NCBI GenBank assembly: GCA_964291295.2
Contig: OZ219754.1
Span: 3,008,001 to 3,072,000 of the forward strand
DNA: 64,000 nt
Source of the DNA: an uncultured Candidatus Binatia bacterium
GTDB taxonomy: Bacteria; Desulfobacterota; Binatia; UBA9968; JAJDTQ01
Reading direction: 5' to 3'
A model generated the notes under the pieces. It saw only the letters and a list, made by a program, of their open reading frames with translations, was not told where the DNA came from and searched no databases. This document shows positions 39,982-49,309 of this stretch, in pieces. Each line of letters opens with the position of its first letter. Within the stretch, counting starts at the first letter, position 1. The position numbers and the translations under genes were made by a program.

Positions 39982-41514
39982 ATGCGTTACGGATTCGTCA
40001 TCGACCAGAACCGCTGCATCGGCTGTCACGCCTGTACCGTGGCCTGCAAGGACGAGCACGAGGTGCCGGTAGGGGTCAACCGCACTTGGGTCAAGTACAT
40101 CGAGAAGGGCGCCTTCCCGGCCACCAGCCGCCACTTCGCGGTGCTCCGGTGCAACCACTGCGACAATGCCCCGTGCATCGAGATCTGTCCCACGGTGGCG
40201 CTCTACCGCAGCCCCGACGGCATCGTCGACTTCGACAACGACCGCTGTATCGGGTGCAAGTCGTGCATGCAGGCGTGTCCCTACGACGCCCTCTACATCG
40301 ACCCCGACCACAACACCGCGGCCAAGTGCAACTTCTGCGCGCACCGGGTGGAAATCGGGCTGCAGCCGGCCTGCGAGGTGGTGTGTCCCACCCAGGCCAT
40401 CCTGTCCGGCGACCTCGACGACCCGGAGAGCCCTGTCGCCCGCGCCGTGGCCACCCGCAAGGTCTCGCTGCGCAAGCCTCACAAGGGAACCCGCCCCAAG
40501 CTCTTCTACATGGGTGTCGAGGAAGCCGCGCTGCAGCCCACCATGACGGACGGCCGCGACGCCCACTTCTGGGCCGACCGCCACCCCGGGGAAGATCTTT
40601 ACGCTCTCTCCGCCCCCAGGCATGGAAGCGCGATTCCGGGCGGCTCCCGGGAGGTCTACGACGTGCCCCATCCGCGGCCTTGGGGGGCGAAGATCGCCGC
40701 CTACATGTGGACCAAGTCCATCGGTTCCGGGGTTCTGCTGGTGGCGGCGTTGCTGATGGCCTTGGGCCGCCTCCAGGAAGGCGTGGTGCTGCACATCGTG
40801 AGCCCGGTCCTGGCGCTGGTGTTCACCGGGCTCACCACGGTCCTGCTGGTATCCGACCTGAAGCGCCCCGACCGCTTCTACTATCTCCTGACCCGGCCCA
40901 ACCCGCGCTCCTGGCTGGTGCTCGGTGGCTACATCCTCATGGCCTATTCGCTGGCCAGCTTCCTGTGGCTTGCCTGCGGCAGCGGAGGCGGCGTGCCGGG
41001 ATGGGTGGTGGCAACCTGCGTCGTCTTCGGCATCGGCGCCGCGGGCTATACCGCGTTCCTCTTCGCCCAGGCCAAGGGACGGGACCTGTGGCAGAGCCCG
41101 CTGTTTTTCTGGCATCTCCTGGCCCAGGCCGTCAGCGCCGGAGCCGCGGCGCTGCTGCTGGTGGGAGGGGCCGCCGGCCTGGACGCCCCGGTCATGACGA
41201 CCCTCGCCACCGTGCTGATGGTCTCGCTGGTGGTCACCGGCGGTCTGGTGCTGGGCGAGGTCGCGCTGACCCCCGTGAGCGAGGACGTGCAGCGCGCCGC
41301 CGGGCTGTTGACCGGCGGCGCGCTGCGGGAGAAATTCTGGGGTCTCTTCATGGCCATGGGGGTTCTTCTGCCGGTGATCTTCCTGCTCTGGGCCGGGGCG
41401 CAGGCGGACGCCTCCTGGTTCCTGCACCCGCTCTCGGCATTGCTCGCCCTCGCCGGAATCTGGGTGTTCGAGACCCTCTGGGTCGAGGCCGGGCAGTCCG
41501 TACCGCTGAGCTAG
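39982..41514 (+). CDS. Fused four-cluster ferredoxin (NrfC/DmsB-like) + NrfD/PsrC-family membrane anchor
   Basis: CIGCHACTVAC, CNHCDNAPC...C, CIGCKSCMQACP, KCNFC...PAC...CP, then DLKRPDRF...SWL and multiple TM helices. Confidence 0.9.
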   Translation: MRYGFVIDQNRCIGCHACTVACKDEHEVPVGVNRTWVKYIEKGAFPATSRHFAVLRCNHCDNAPCIEICPTVALYRSPDGIVDFDNDRCIGCKSCMQACPYDALYIDPDHNTAAKCNFCAHRVEIGLQPACEVVCPTQAILSGDLDDPESPVARAVATRKVSLRKPHKGTRPKLFYMGVEEAALQPTMTDGRDAHFWADRHPGEDLYALSAPRHGSAIPGGSREVYDVPHPRPWGAKIAAYMWTKSIGSGVLLVAALLMALGRLQEGVVLHIVSPVLALVFTGLTTVLLVSDLKRPDRFYYLLTRPNPRSWLVLGGYILMAYSLASFLWLACGSGGGVPGWVVATCVVFGIGAAGYTAFLFAQAKGRDLWQSPLFFWHLLAQAVSAGAAALLLVGGAAGLDAPVMTTLATVLMVSLVVTGGLVLGEVALTPVSEDVQRAAGLLTGGALREKFWGLFMAMGVLLPVIFLLWAGAQADASWFLHPLSALLALAGIWVFETLWVEAGQSVPLS

Positions 41515-41571
41515 ACGCTGTCGGGTCACACGAACCGCACGCGCACCGTCATCCAGGAAGGATCCTCCTCC

Positions 41572-44397
41572 ATGAAAGACGAAATGCAACCGCTGAGCCC
41601 CGACGCCGCCAACCTCGAGCCGCCCCGGGGCGGACTCCGGAGCTTTCCGCCGCGGGAACGCTGGTCGGACTGGACCGAATACGACGCCGCCGCCTGGCCC
41701 AGAAAGGTGGAGCGGCGCTACGACCTCGTCCCCACCATCTGCTTCAACTGCGAGGCGGCCTGCGGACTGCTGGCCTACGTGGACAAGGAGACGTTGAAGA
41801 TACGCAAGTTCGAAGGCAACCCGGAGCATCCCGGAAGCCGCGGCCGGAACTGCGCCAAGGGACCCGCCACCCTCAACCAGGTGTACGACCCCGAACGCGT
41901 CCTCTACCCCATGAAACGGGTGGGCCGACGCGGCGGCGGCCAGTGGGAGCGGGTGACCTGGGACGAGGCGCTGGACGACCTGGCCGGACGGATACGCACG
42001 GCCATCAAGGAAGAGCGCCGCAACGAGATCATGTACCACGTGGGACGCCCCGGCCACGAGTTGCTCTATCACCAGCGCATCATGCACGCCTGGGGCATCG
42101 ACGCCCACAACAGCCACACCAACGTCTGCTCCGCCGGCGCCCGGACCGGCTACGCCTTCTGGTGCGGCATCGACCGCCCCTCGCCCGACCACGCCAACGC
42201 GCGCTTCATGCTGCTGCTGAGTTCGCACCTGGAGACGGGCCACTACTTCAACCCCCACGCCCAGCGAATCATCGAGGCCAAGGAGCGGGGCGCCAAGGTA
42301 TGCGTCATCGACACGCGGCTGTCCAACACCGCGTCCAAGGCCGACTACTGGATGCCGACCTGGCCCGGCACCGAAGCCGCGGTGCTGCTGGCCATCTGCA
42401 ACGTGCTGCTGCAGGAGGGCCTTTACGACCGGGAGTTCGTGCGGCGGTGGGTCAACTGGGAGCAGTTCCTGCGCCAGGAGCACCCGGACGCGCCGCAGAC
42501 ATTCGAACGGTTCGAGGAGGCGCTGAAGAGCCTTTACGGCCAGTACACGCCGGAGTTCGCCGCGGACGAGTCCGGCGTGGACGCGGCCATGATCGTGGAC
42601 GTGGCCCATGAAGTGGCGCGTGCCGGCTCGGCCCTGGCCACCCACGTGTGGCGCAACGCGGCCGCCGGCAACCTGGGCGGCTGGGAGGTGGCCCGGGCGC
42701 TGGAATTTCTGGTGGTGCTGATGGGCGCCGTGGGCACTCCGGGCGGCACCACCCCCAACGCCTGGAACAAGTTCATCCCGGCACCGCCGATGATGCCGCC
42801 TCCCGCCAAGGAGTGGAACACGCTCATGTACCCGCCGGAATATCCGCTGGCCTTCTTCGAGATGAGCTTTCTGCTGCCCCATCTCGTGAAGGAGGGCCGG
42901 GGCAAGCTGGCAGTGTACTTCACCCGGGTCTACAACCCGGTGTGGACCAACCCGGACGGCATGAGCTGGATCGAGATGCTGAGCGACGAGAGCAAGGTGG
43001 AGCGCCACGCGTGCCTCACGCCCACCTGGAGCGAGACCGCCTGGTTCTCGGACTATGTGCTGCCCATGGGCCTGGCCTCCGAACGCCACGATCTCATGAG
43101 CCAGGAAACCCACTCGGCGCGCTGGATCGGATTCCGCCAGCCGGTGTTGCGGGTGGCGCTCGAACGGCAGGGCAAGAGCTTCGACACCACTTGGGAGGCG
43201 CACCGGGAGGCCGGCCTCGGAGAGGTGTGGGAAGAGGACGAGTTCTGGATCGAGCTTTCCTGGCGCATCGACCCCGACGGCACCCTGGGGATCCGGAAAT
43301 ACTTCGAGTCGCCGTACCGTGCCGGCGAAAAGCTCACGGTGTCGGAATACTACCGGTGGATGTTCGAGAACAGCGTGCCCGGACTGCCGGAAGCCGCCGC
43401 CAGAGAGGGAGTCCCGCCGCTGGAATACATGCGCAAGTACGGCGCATTCCTGGTGGCCGAGAACATCTACAGCAGCCACGCCACCGAGATCGAGGAGGCG
43501 GCGATGGCCGAGGCCGCGGTGGACCCGGTCACCAAGGTGGTCTCAAGGGGCGGCGCGGTGATCGGAGTCGAGGTGGACGGCAAGGGCTACACCGGCTTTC
43601 CAACCCCCTCGCGCAAGCTCGAGTTCTATTCCGAGACCCTGAAGGACTGGAAGTGGCCCGAGCACCGGTACCCGGGATACATCAAGAGCCACGTCCACCG
43701 TTCCAACATCGACGCCGCCAAAGGCGAGATGCTGCTCCTCCCCACGTTCCGGCTGCCCACCCTGATCCACAGCCGCTCGGCCAATGCCAAGTGGCTCTAC
43801 GAGATCTCGCACCGGAACCCCGTATGGCTGCATCCCGAGGATGCCCGGCGGCTCGAGGTCGACACCGGCGACCTGGTCAAGGTCCATACCGAGATCGGCT
43901 ACTTCGTGGACCGGGTGTGGGTCACCGAGGGGATCCGCCCCGGGGTGGTGGCGTGCTCGCACCACCTGGGGCGGTGGCGTCTGAAGGAGGAGACCGGCGG
44001 CGGCCGCTTCGCCACCGCCCTGGTGAGCCTGGAACAGGTGGAGCCCGGCCAGTGGCGGATGCGCCAGCTCCACGGCATCCGGCCCTTCGAGAGCACCGAC
44101 AAGGACTCCGGGCGGGTGTGGTGGCAGGACGCCGGGGTGCACCAGAACCTGACCTTTCCGGTGCAGCCGGACAACGTCAGCGGACAACACTGCTGGCACC
44201 AGAAGGTCCGGGTGGAAAAGCCCGGAACCGACGACCGCTACGGCGACATCTTCGTGGACACCCAAAAGTCCCACGAGGTCTACAAGCGCTGGCTCACGCT
44301 GACGCGGCCGGCCCCGGGACCGGGAAACCTGCGCCGGCCGTTGTGGCTCCCGCGCGCCTACAAGCCGGCGCCGGAAGCATACGGCTTCAAGCCGTGA
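41572..44397 (+). CDS. DMSO-reductase-family (bis-MGD) oxidoreductase catalytic subunit, no Tat signal
   Basis: CFNCEAAC...CAKG Fe-S motif, YPMKRVG.RG.G.WERVTWDEAL, HTNVCS, SETAWFSDYVLP, PTPSRKLEF, LHPEDA. Confidence 0.92.
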   Translation: MKDEMQPLSPDAANLEPPRGGLRSFPPRERWSDWTEYDAAAWPRKVERRYDLVPTICFNCEAACGLLAYVDKETLKIRKFEGNPEHPGSRGRNCAKGPATLNQVYDPERVLYPMKRVGRRGGGQWERVTWDEALDDLAGRIRTAIKEERRNEIMYHVGRPGHELLYHQRIMHAWGIDAHNSHTNVCSAGARTGYAFWCGIDRPSPDHANARFMLLLSSHLETGHYFNPHAQRIIEAKERGAKVCVIDTRLSNTASKADYWMPTWPGTEAAVLLAICNVLLQEGLYDREFVRRWVNWEQFLRQEHPDAPQTFERFEEALKSLYGQYTPEFAADESGVDAAMIVDVAHEVARAGSALATHVWRNAAAGNLGGWEVARALEFLVVLMGAVGTPGGTTPNAWNKFIPAPPMMPPPAKEWNTLMYPPEYPLAFFEMSFLLPHLVKEGRGKLAVYFTRVYNPVWTNPDGMSWIEMLSDESKVERHACLTPTWSETAWFSDYVLPMGLASERHDLMSQETHSARWIGFRQPVLRVALERQGKSFDTTWEAHREAGLGEVWEEDEFWIELSWRIDPDGTLGIRKYFESPYRAGEKLTVSEYYRWMFENSVPGLPEAAAREGVPPLEYMRKYGAFLVAENIYSSHATEIEEAAMAEAAVDPVTKVVSRGGAVIGVEVDGKGYTGFPTPSRKLEFYSETLKDWKWPEHRYPGYIKSHVHRSNIDAAKGEMLLLPTFRLPTLIHSRSANAKWLYEISHRNPVWLHPEDARRLEVDTGDLVKVHTEIGYFVDRVWVTEGIRPGVVACSHHLGRWRLKEETGGGRFATALVSLEQVEPGQWRMRQLHGIRPFESTDKDSGRVWWQDAGVHQNLTFPVQPDNVSGQHCWHQKVRVEKPGTDDRYGDIFVDTQKSHEVYKRWLTLTRPAPGPGNLRRPLWLPRAYKPAPEAYGFKP

Positions 44398-44450
44398 CCC
44401 TGCCCGCACCCCGCTTCAAGCGTAACCATCCGGGATATCAGACTTTCGCC

Positions 44451-44480
44451 TTGACAGTCCAGGCGGTTAACGGTTAAGAA
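44451..44480 (+). promoter_or_regulatory. Candidate promoter for tctAB with a GGTTAA direct repeat
   Basis: Perfect TTGACA; GGTTAA-C-GGTTAA overlaps the weak -10 region. Confidence 0.4.
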
Positions 44481-44561
44481 CCTCGGCTTTGGGGGGCACC
44501 GGCCGATTCCTTCCGATGGCACGCCCGACCCCCTCTGAGAATCAGCACCCAGGAGCAAGAC

Positions 44562-46052
44562 GTGTTTGAAGCAATGGCCGATGGCCTGACGGCGTTGTTG
44601 AGCGTCGAACGGTTTCTGTTCATGACTTTCGGGGTCGTTGTGGGAATGGCACTGGGGGCCATTCCCGGCCTCGGAGGCGTCGTCGGGCTCGCCCTGCTGC
44701 TGCCTTTCACCTTCGACATGGACCCCACCGCGGCCATTGCCATGCTGGTGGCTCTCTCCTCGGTGCCGGTCACCACCGACACGATCCCCTCGGTGCTCTT
44801 CGCCGTCCCCGGAACCGTCGGCTCCCAGGCCACCATCCTGGACGGACACCCCATGGCGCGGAAGGGCGAAGCCGGGCGGGCCTTCGGAGCCGCGTACTGC
44901 TCATCCCTGCTGGGCGGCGTCGTCGGCGCCATCATCCTGGGCATGCTCATTCCCGTGCTCAAGCCGCTGGTGCTGCTGTTCGCCGCCCCCGAGCTCTTCT
45001 CCTTGGGCATCATGGGCATCTCCATGGTCGCGATCCTGAGCGGACGCGTGCCTCTCAAGGGCATCATCGCCGGCGGCATGGGGCTGTTGCTGTCCATGAT
45101 CGGCATCGACAAGCAGGAGGGGCTGCTGCGCTGGACCTTCGATTCACTGTACCTGTTCGACGGCCTGAACATCATCGTGGTCAGCCTGGGGCTCTTCGCC
45201 CTGCCCGAACTGGCGGACATGGTCATCGAAGGCAAGCAGATCAGCAGTGTGCCCAAACAGGCCATGAAGGGCGTGGGGCACGGCATACGGGACGTGTTCA
45301 CCCAATGGTGGCTGATGCTTCGCTGCGCCTTTCTGGGCACCTGGGTCGGCATCATTCCCGGCCTGGGTTCGGCGGTGGTGGACTGGTTGGCCTACGGTCA
45401 CGCCAAGTCCACCTGCAAGGACGGGGCTCTCACCTTCGGCACCGGCGACGTGCGCGGCGTCATTGCCCCCGAGAGCGCCAACAACGCCAAGCAGGGCGGC
45501 GCGCTGGTGCCCACGCTGGCCTTCGGCATTCCCGGCAGCGCCTCCATGGCGCTCCTCATCGGTGCCTTCATGATCCACGGGCTGCAGCCGGGACCGGCGA
45601 TGCTGAACCAGCACCTGGACATCACCTACTCCATCGTCTGGAGCACGGCCATCGCCAACGTCATGGCCACGGTCATCGCGCTGTGCTTCACCAATCAACT
45701 CGCCAAGATCTCGTCGGTGCGCATCAACATCCTGGCGCCGCTGGTGACGGTGGTGGTGTTCCTGGCCGCCTACCAGGCCACCGCAAGCATCTTCGACCTG
45801 GTGACGGTGCTGCTCTTCGGAGTGCTCGGGTGGGTCATGAAGCGTTGCGGTTGGCCCCGGCCGCCGCTGCTGCTGGGGTTCCTGCTGGGCGGGCTCATCG
45901 AACGCTACCTCTTCATCTCGGTGCGCGCCTACGGTGCCGCCTTCCTGGTCCGGCCGCTGGTCCTGGTGGTGCTCGCGGTCACCATCGCGACCATCTATTA
46001 CAGCGTCCGGCAGGAACGCAAGGTCCGGCGACTCGCGGGAGAGGAAGCATAG
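44562..46052 (+). CDS. tctA: TTT large permease
   Basis: VPGTVGSQATILDGHPMA, APESANNA, PTLAFGIPG. Confidence 0.93.
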   Translation: MFEAMADGLTALLSVERFLFMTFGVVVGMALGAIPGLGGVVGLALLLPFTFDMDPTAAIAMLVALSSVPVTTDTIPSVLFAVPGTVGSQATILDGHPMARKGEAGRAFGAAYCSSLLGGVVGAIILGMLIPVLKPLVLLFAAPELFSLGIMGISMVAILSGRVPLKGIIAGGMGLLLSMIGIDKQEGLLRWTFDSLYLFDGLNIIVVSLGLFALPELADMVIEGKQISSVPKQAMKGVGHGIRDVFTQWWLMLRCAFLGTWVGIIPGLGSAVVDWLAYGHAKSTCKDGALTFGTGDVRGVIAPESANNAKQGGALVPTLAFGIPGSASMALLIGAFMIHGLQPGPAMLNQHLDITYSIVWSTAIANVMATVIALCFTNQLAKISSVRINILAPLVTVVVFLAAYQATASIFDLVTVLLFGVLGWVMKRCGWPRPPLLLGFLLGGLIERYLFISVRAYGAAFLVRPLVLVVLAVTIATIYYSVRQERKVRRLAGEEA

Positions 46053-46054
46053 CC

Positions 46055-46570
46055 ATGCGCCTCTCGCCTTCCCTGCTGTTCACGCTGTTTGTCGCCGTGG
46101 TCGCCGCCGGCATGGTCTACGGCGCCAAGGACTGGCCGCTGGGGACCGGCCTGTTCCCCAGGTTCGTGGGCATCCCGGTGCTGGTGATGTCGTTGATACA
46201 ACTGATCATGGACGCCTACCGTACCATGAAGACCGCCGGCGGCCAGCAGCGTGAAACCGGCGACCTTCAGGTGGACTGGACCATGTCCACGGCCGAGGTG
46301 GCGGCCCGGGGCCTGGCGTTTGCCGGGTGGCTCCTGGGCATGTTCCTGGGCATCCTGCTGCTGGGCTTCTTCATCACGGTACCGGTTTTCACCCTGCTGT
46401 ACCTCCGGTATCAGGCCAGGGAAGGCTGGCCGCTGACCTTGTGGCTGACCGCCGGCATGCTGGTGTTCTTCGTCGGCGTGTTCGACCAGATCCTGCTCAT
46501 CCACTGGCTGGAGCCCATCCTTTCCGGTCCCGAGAATTTTCTCAAGAGCCTCATGCCCTGGCTGGGCTGA
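46055..46570 (+). CDS. tctB: TTT small permease
   Basis: Starts 2 bp after tctA; hydrophobic; GLFPRFVG and LLGFFITVPVF pattern. Confidence 0.88.
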   Translation: MRLSPSLLFTLFVAVVAAGMVYGAKDWPLGTGLFPRFVGIPVLVMSLIQLIMDAYRTMKTAGGQQRETGDLQVDWTMSTAEVAARGLAFAGWLLGMFLGILLLGFFITVPVFTLLYLRYQAREGWPLTLWLTAGMLVFFVGVFDQILLIHWLEPILSGPENFLKSLMPWLG

Positions 46571-46575
46571 TGCAA

Positions 46576-46613
46576 GAAGGGCGCCGGGGACTTCCCGATC
46601 CCCGGCGCCCTTC
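46576..46613. terminator. Hairpin between convergent tctB and tctC
   Basis: 15-bp perfect stem GAAGGGCGCCGGGGA/TCCCCGGCGCCCTTC. Confidence 0.7.
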
Positions 46614-46643
46614 CCCGCGGCACCCGTCGTCTGACGACAGTTG

Positions 46644-47684
46644 CTACTTCTTGCCCTTGGGGTTGAATATCTGCGCCACGATGGCCTTGTCTTCCGGCGA
46701 GGCGGCCAGCGAATCCCTCCACATCTTCTGCAGGTCCGCGCCGTTGGTGGGCCGGACCGGGCGCTTGAGCTTCGCGGCTTCGGCCAGGAACTTCGGATCT
46801 TTCATGGTCGCATCGAAGGCACGGCGCATGAGCGCGACGCGCTCTTCCGGGACGCCGGGCGGCATGGCGTAAGGACGTCCGTAGCGCGACAGCAGAAAAG
46901 TGGCCCGCACCAGATTCTTCTGCTTCTCGGTCCTGGCCATGGATTCGAGCAAAGGCGCGTCGGAAAACTCGGGACTCTTCCTGCCGTCCACCGTACCGGT
47001 CTGAGCGAGCATGACGATCTCTCCCGCCTTCCACATGTCCCCGAGCTGGTCCATGAACGAGGAGGCCACATTGCCCGATACGTCCACCTCGCCCTGCCGG
47101 AGGGCGAGACTGTACTGGCGGGCGCCGGGATAGCCGAAAACGTACTCGAACAGGCTCTCACCGCGCAGCTTCTCCAGAATGTTGCCGAGCACGAATCCGC
47201 TGGACTGGTTTCCGCTGATGCCGACCCTGGCGCGCTTCCCCGACTTCGCGATATCGTCCAGCGACTTGAAACGGTCCTTGCGGCTGTAGAGCAGCCCGTT
47301 CTCGATGACGATCACGCCGATGGCCCGTATCTTGTTGAAGTCGAACTGACCGCCGCGGCTCTTGTCGCCCACCACCTGCCAGTTCCACACGCCCCAGTTG
47401 ATCTGCTCCATGACGGTGCCGTCGCGCCTCGCCTTGTTGGCAAGGTAACTCGCCGCCCGCACGCCGCCCGCTCCCGGCATGTTCTGCACGATAAGGGTCG
47501 GATTGCCGGGGATGTGCCTGCCGATATGGCGCGCCAGCAGCCGCGAGTAGGTGTCGTTGCCGCCACCGGGCGACGACGAGACGATCAGCCGAATCTTCTT
47601 GCCCTGGTAGAAGTCTGCCGCCCCCGCCGAGCCCGCTGCGAACAGGAAAAGCACGAGCGTTGCCAAAACCGATACTGCCCTCAT
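46644..47684 (-). CDS. tctC: TTT substrate-binding protein (paralog 1)
   Basis: Signal peptide, DFYQGKKIRLIVSSSPGGGNDTYSR, VQNMPGAGG, PPGVP.ER...R.AF...M.DP. Confidence 0.9.
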   Translation of the reverse strand: MRAVSVLATLVLFLFAAGSAGAADFYQGKKIRLIVSSSPGGGNDTYSRLLARHIGRHIPGNPTLIVQNMPGAGGVRAASYLANKARRDGTVMEQINWGVWNWQVVGDKSRGGQFDFNKIRAIGVIVIENGLLYSRKDRFKSLDDIAKSGKRARVGISGNQSSGFVLGNILEKLRGESLFEYVFGYPGARQYSLALRQGEVDVSGNVASSFMDQLGDMWKAGEIVMLAQTGTVDGRKSPEFSDAPLLESMARTEKQKNLVRATFLLSRYGRPYAMPPGVPEERVALMRRAFDATMKDPKFLAEAAKLKRPVRPTNGADLQKMWRDSLAASPEDKAIVAQIFNPKGKK

Positions 47685-47806
47685 GGTTACCTCCAGATTT
47701 TTCCGAGGCCCGGCGTCTCGCGATCCCGCGAGGGCCGCCCGGGCTGGTGACCGGACCTTCGCCCGGACGTCCTCGCAGAATCCGGGCATGCCGTTGTGAG
47801 CCGGGC

Positions 47807-47836
47807 ATTATAGGGAGCCGCCCGCGACCCTGTCAA
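47807..47836 (-). promoter_or_regulatory. Consensus sigma70 promoter for tctC paralog 1
   Basis: TTGACA-18 bp-TATAAT on the minus strand. Confidence 0.75.
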
Positions 47837-47855
47837 CAAGCGCGCCGGAGGCGCG

Positions 47856-47895
47856 AAAAGGAAGGCGCCGGGAACTTCCGCTCCCGGCGCCTTCC
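47856..47895 (-). terminator. Intrinsic terminator after tctC paralog 2
   Basis: 14-bp stem GGAAGGCGCCGGGA/TCCCGGCGCCTTCC followed by TTTT on the minus strand. Confidence 0.75.
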
Positions 47896-47924
47896 GCCAA
47901 TCCCATCTCGGCCGAAGTCACGAC

Positions 47925-48992
47925 TTACTTCTTGCCGAAGATCTCCTTGATGATGGCCTTGTTCTCCGGCGGCGCGTCAAGGACATCCTTCCAGAGCTTC
48001 TGGAGCTGCACGCCGGTGGACGGAATAATCACGCGCTTGATCCGCTTGGCTTCCGAGAGAAACTTCGGATCGTTCATGGTGGCGGTAAAGGCCTTGCGCA
48101 TGATCTCGATCCTGTCTCCGGGCACACCCGGGGGCAGCGAGTAGGGCCGGCCGTAGTGGGTCAGCAGGAACGTCGCCTTGATCAGTTCGCGGTCCGCATC
48201 GCTCCGGGCGTACTCCAGCAGCGTGGGGGTGTCCGGAAATTCCTTGGTCCTGCCCCCTTCGGGCGTGGGCGCCTGGGCCAGCATCGCGACCTTGCCGTCG
48301 TCCCACATGTCCCCGAGCTGATCCCTGAAAGAGCCCGGCGTGTTCCCGGACGACTGCACCTCGCCCTGACGGAAGGCGAGGCTGTACTGCCGCGCACCGG
48401 GATAGCCGAAGACGTAGTCGAAGACCTTCTTCCCCATCATCTTTTCCATCACCTTGCCCATGGTATGACCCAACGACTGAGGGCCGCTGTTGCCGTTGGT
48501 GATGAGACTCCCGGAGGCCATCACGGACTTCCAGTCGGGAAATTCGGACTTGCGGGTGAAGAGCAGGGCGCTTTCGATGGCCGCGACGCCCACGGCGTTC
48601 ATCTTCTTGAAGTCGAAGCGCGCCCGCTTGTCGCCAATGACCTGCCAGAACCACACGCCCCAGTTGATCTGCTCCATCACCGTGCCGTCCCGCTTGGCCT
48701 TGCGGTAGAGGTAGTCCGCCGCCAACAGGCCGCCGGCACCGGGCATGTTCTGCACGATGATGGACGGATTGCCCGGAATGTGCCGGGAGATGTGGCGCGC
48801 GATGAGGCGCGAGTACGTGTCGTTGCCACCGCCCGGACTCGACGACACGATCAGGCGTATCTTCTTGCCCTGGTAGAAATCATCCGCGCCGTGGAGCGGA
48901 CCGGACATCATGACGGCCGGCAACAGCGCCGCCATGGCCACGAACAGTCTCATCGAAAATCTCATCAAGACTCTCCTCGGAAGTCGTCTCAT
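47925..48992 (-). CDS. tctC: TTT substrate-binding protein (paralog 2)
   Basis: Same motifs as the neighbouring paralog; AGGAGG RBS before ATG at 48992. Confidence 0.9.
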   Translation of the reverse strand: MRRLPRRVLMRFSMRLFVAMAALLPAVMMSGPLHGADDFYQGKKIRLIVSSSPGGGNDTYSRLIARHISRHIPGNPSIIVQNMPGAGGLLAADYLYRKAKRDGTVMEQINWGVWFWQVIGDKRARFDFKKMNAVGVAAIESALLFTRKSEFPDWKSVMASGSLITNGNSGPQSLGHTMGKVMEKMMGKKVFDYVFGYPGARQYSLAFRQGEVQSSGNTPGSFRDQLGDMWDDGKVAMLAQAPTPEGGRTKEFPDTPTLLEYARSDADRELIKATFLLTHYGRPYSLPPGVPGDRIEIMRKAFTATMNDPKFLSEAKRIKRVIIPSTGVQLQKLWKDVLDAPPENKAIIKEIFGKK

Positions 48993-49030
48993 CGGAACCT
49001 CCTGACTGGTCTGGTCAATCGCACCGGGAG

Positions 49031-49060
49031 ACTTTATCCACGCAAGTTCAAACATGTCAA
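49031..49060 (-). promoter_or_regulatory. Sigma70 promoter for tctC paralog 2
   Basis: TTGACA-18 bp-TAAAGT on the minus strand. Confidence 0.6.
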
Positions 49061-49309
49061 CCCGAAACCGGCCTCAGCCCGCCGGCCCGGCCTTCGACAT
49101 CCATCACGCCGCCAGCCCGGCTTGACAGCCCCCACCTTTTCCAATAAGCGCCCGTGGGTGACCTTGACACGAGCCGGCCCGGTAAGGAAGAACCCGCATG
49201 GCGAGGCCGTTCGGACGCCGGCAATTCCCCACATCCGGGCGCGCGGGCATCGACAACACCGGTCTCCTTTCCTGCGGGCGGACAGCGCTCACGGCCCCGG
49301 GTGCCGGTA

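Noticed and set aside
39892-43479. 1195-aa minus-strand ORF
   Set aside because: Antisense shadow of the ferredoxin-NrfD and molybdoenzyme genes.
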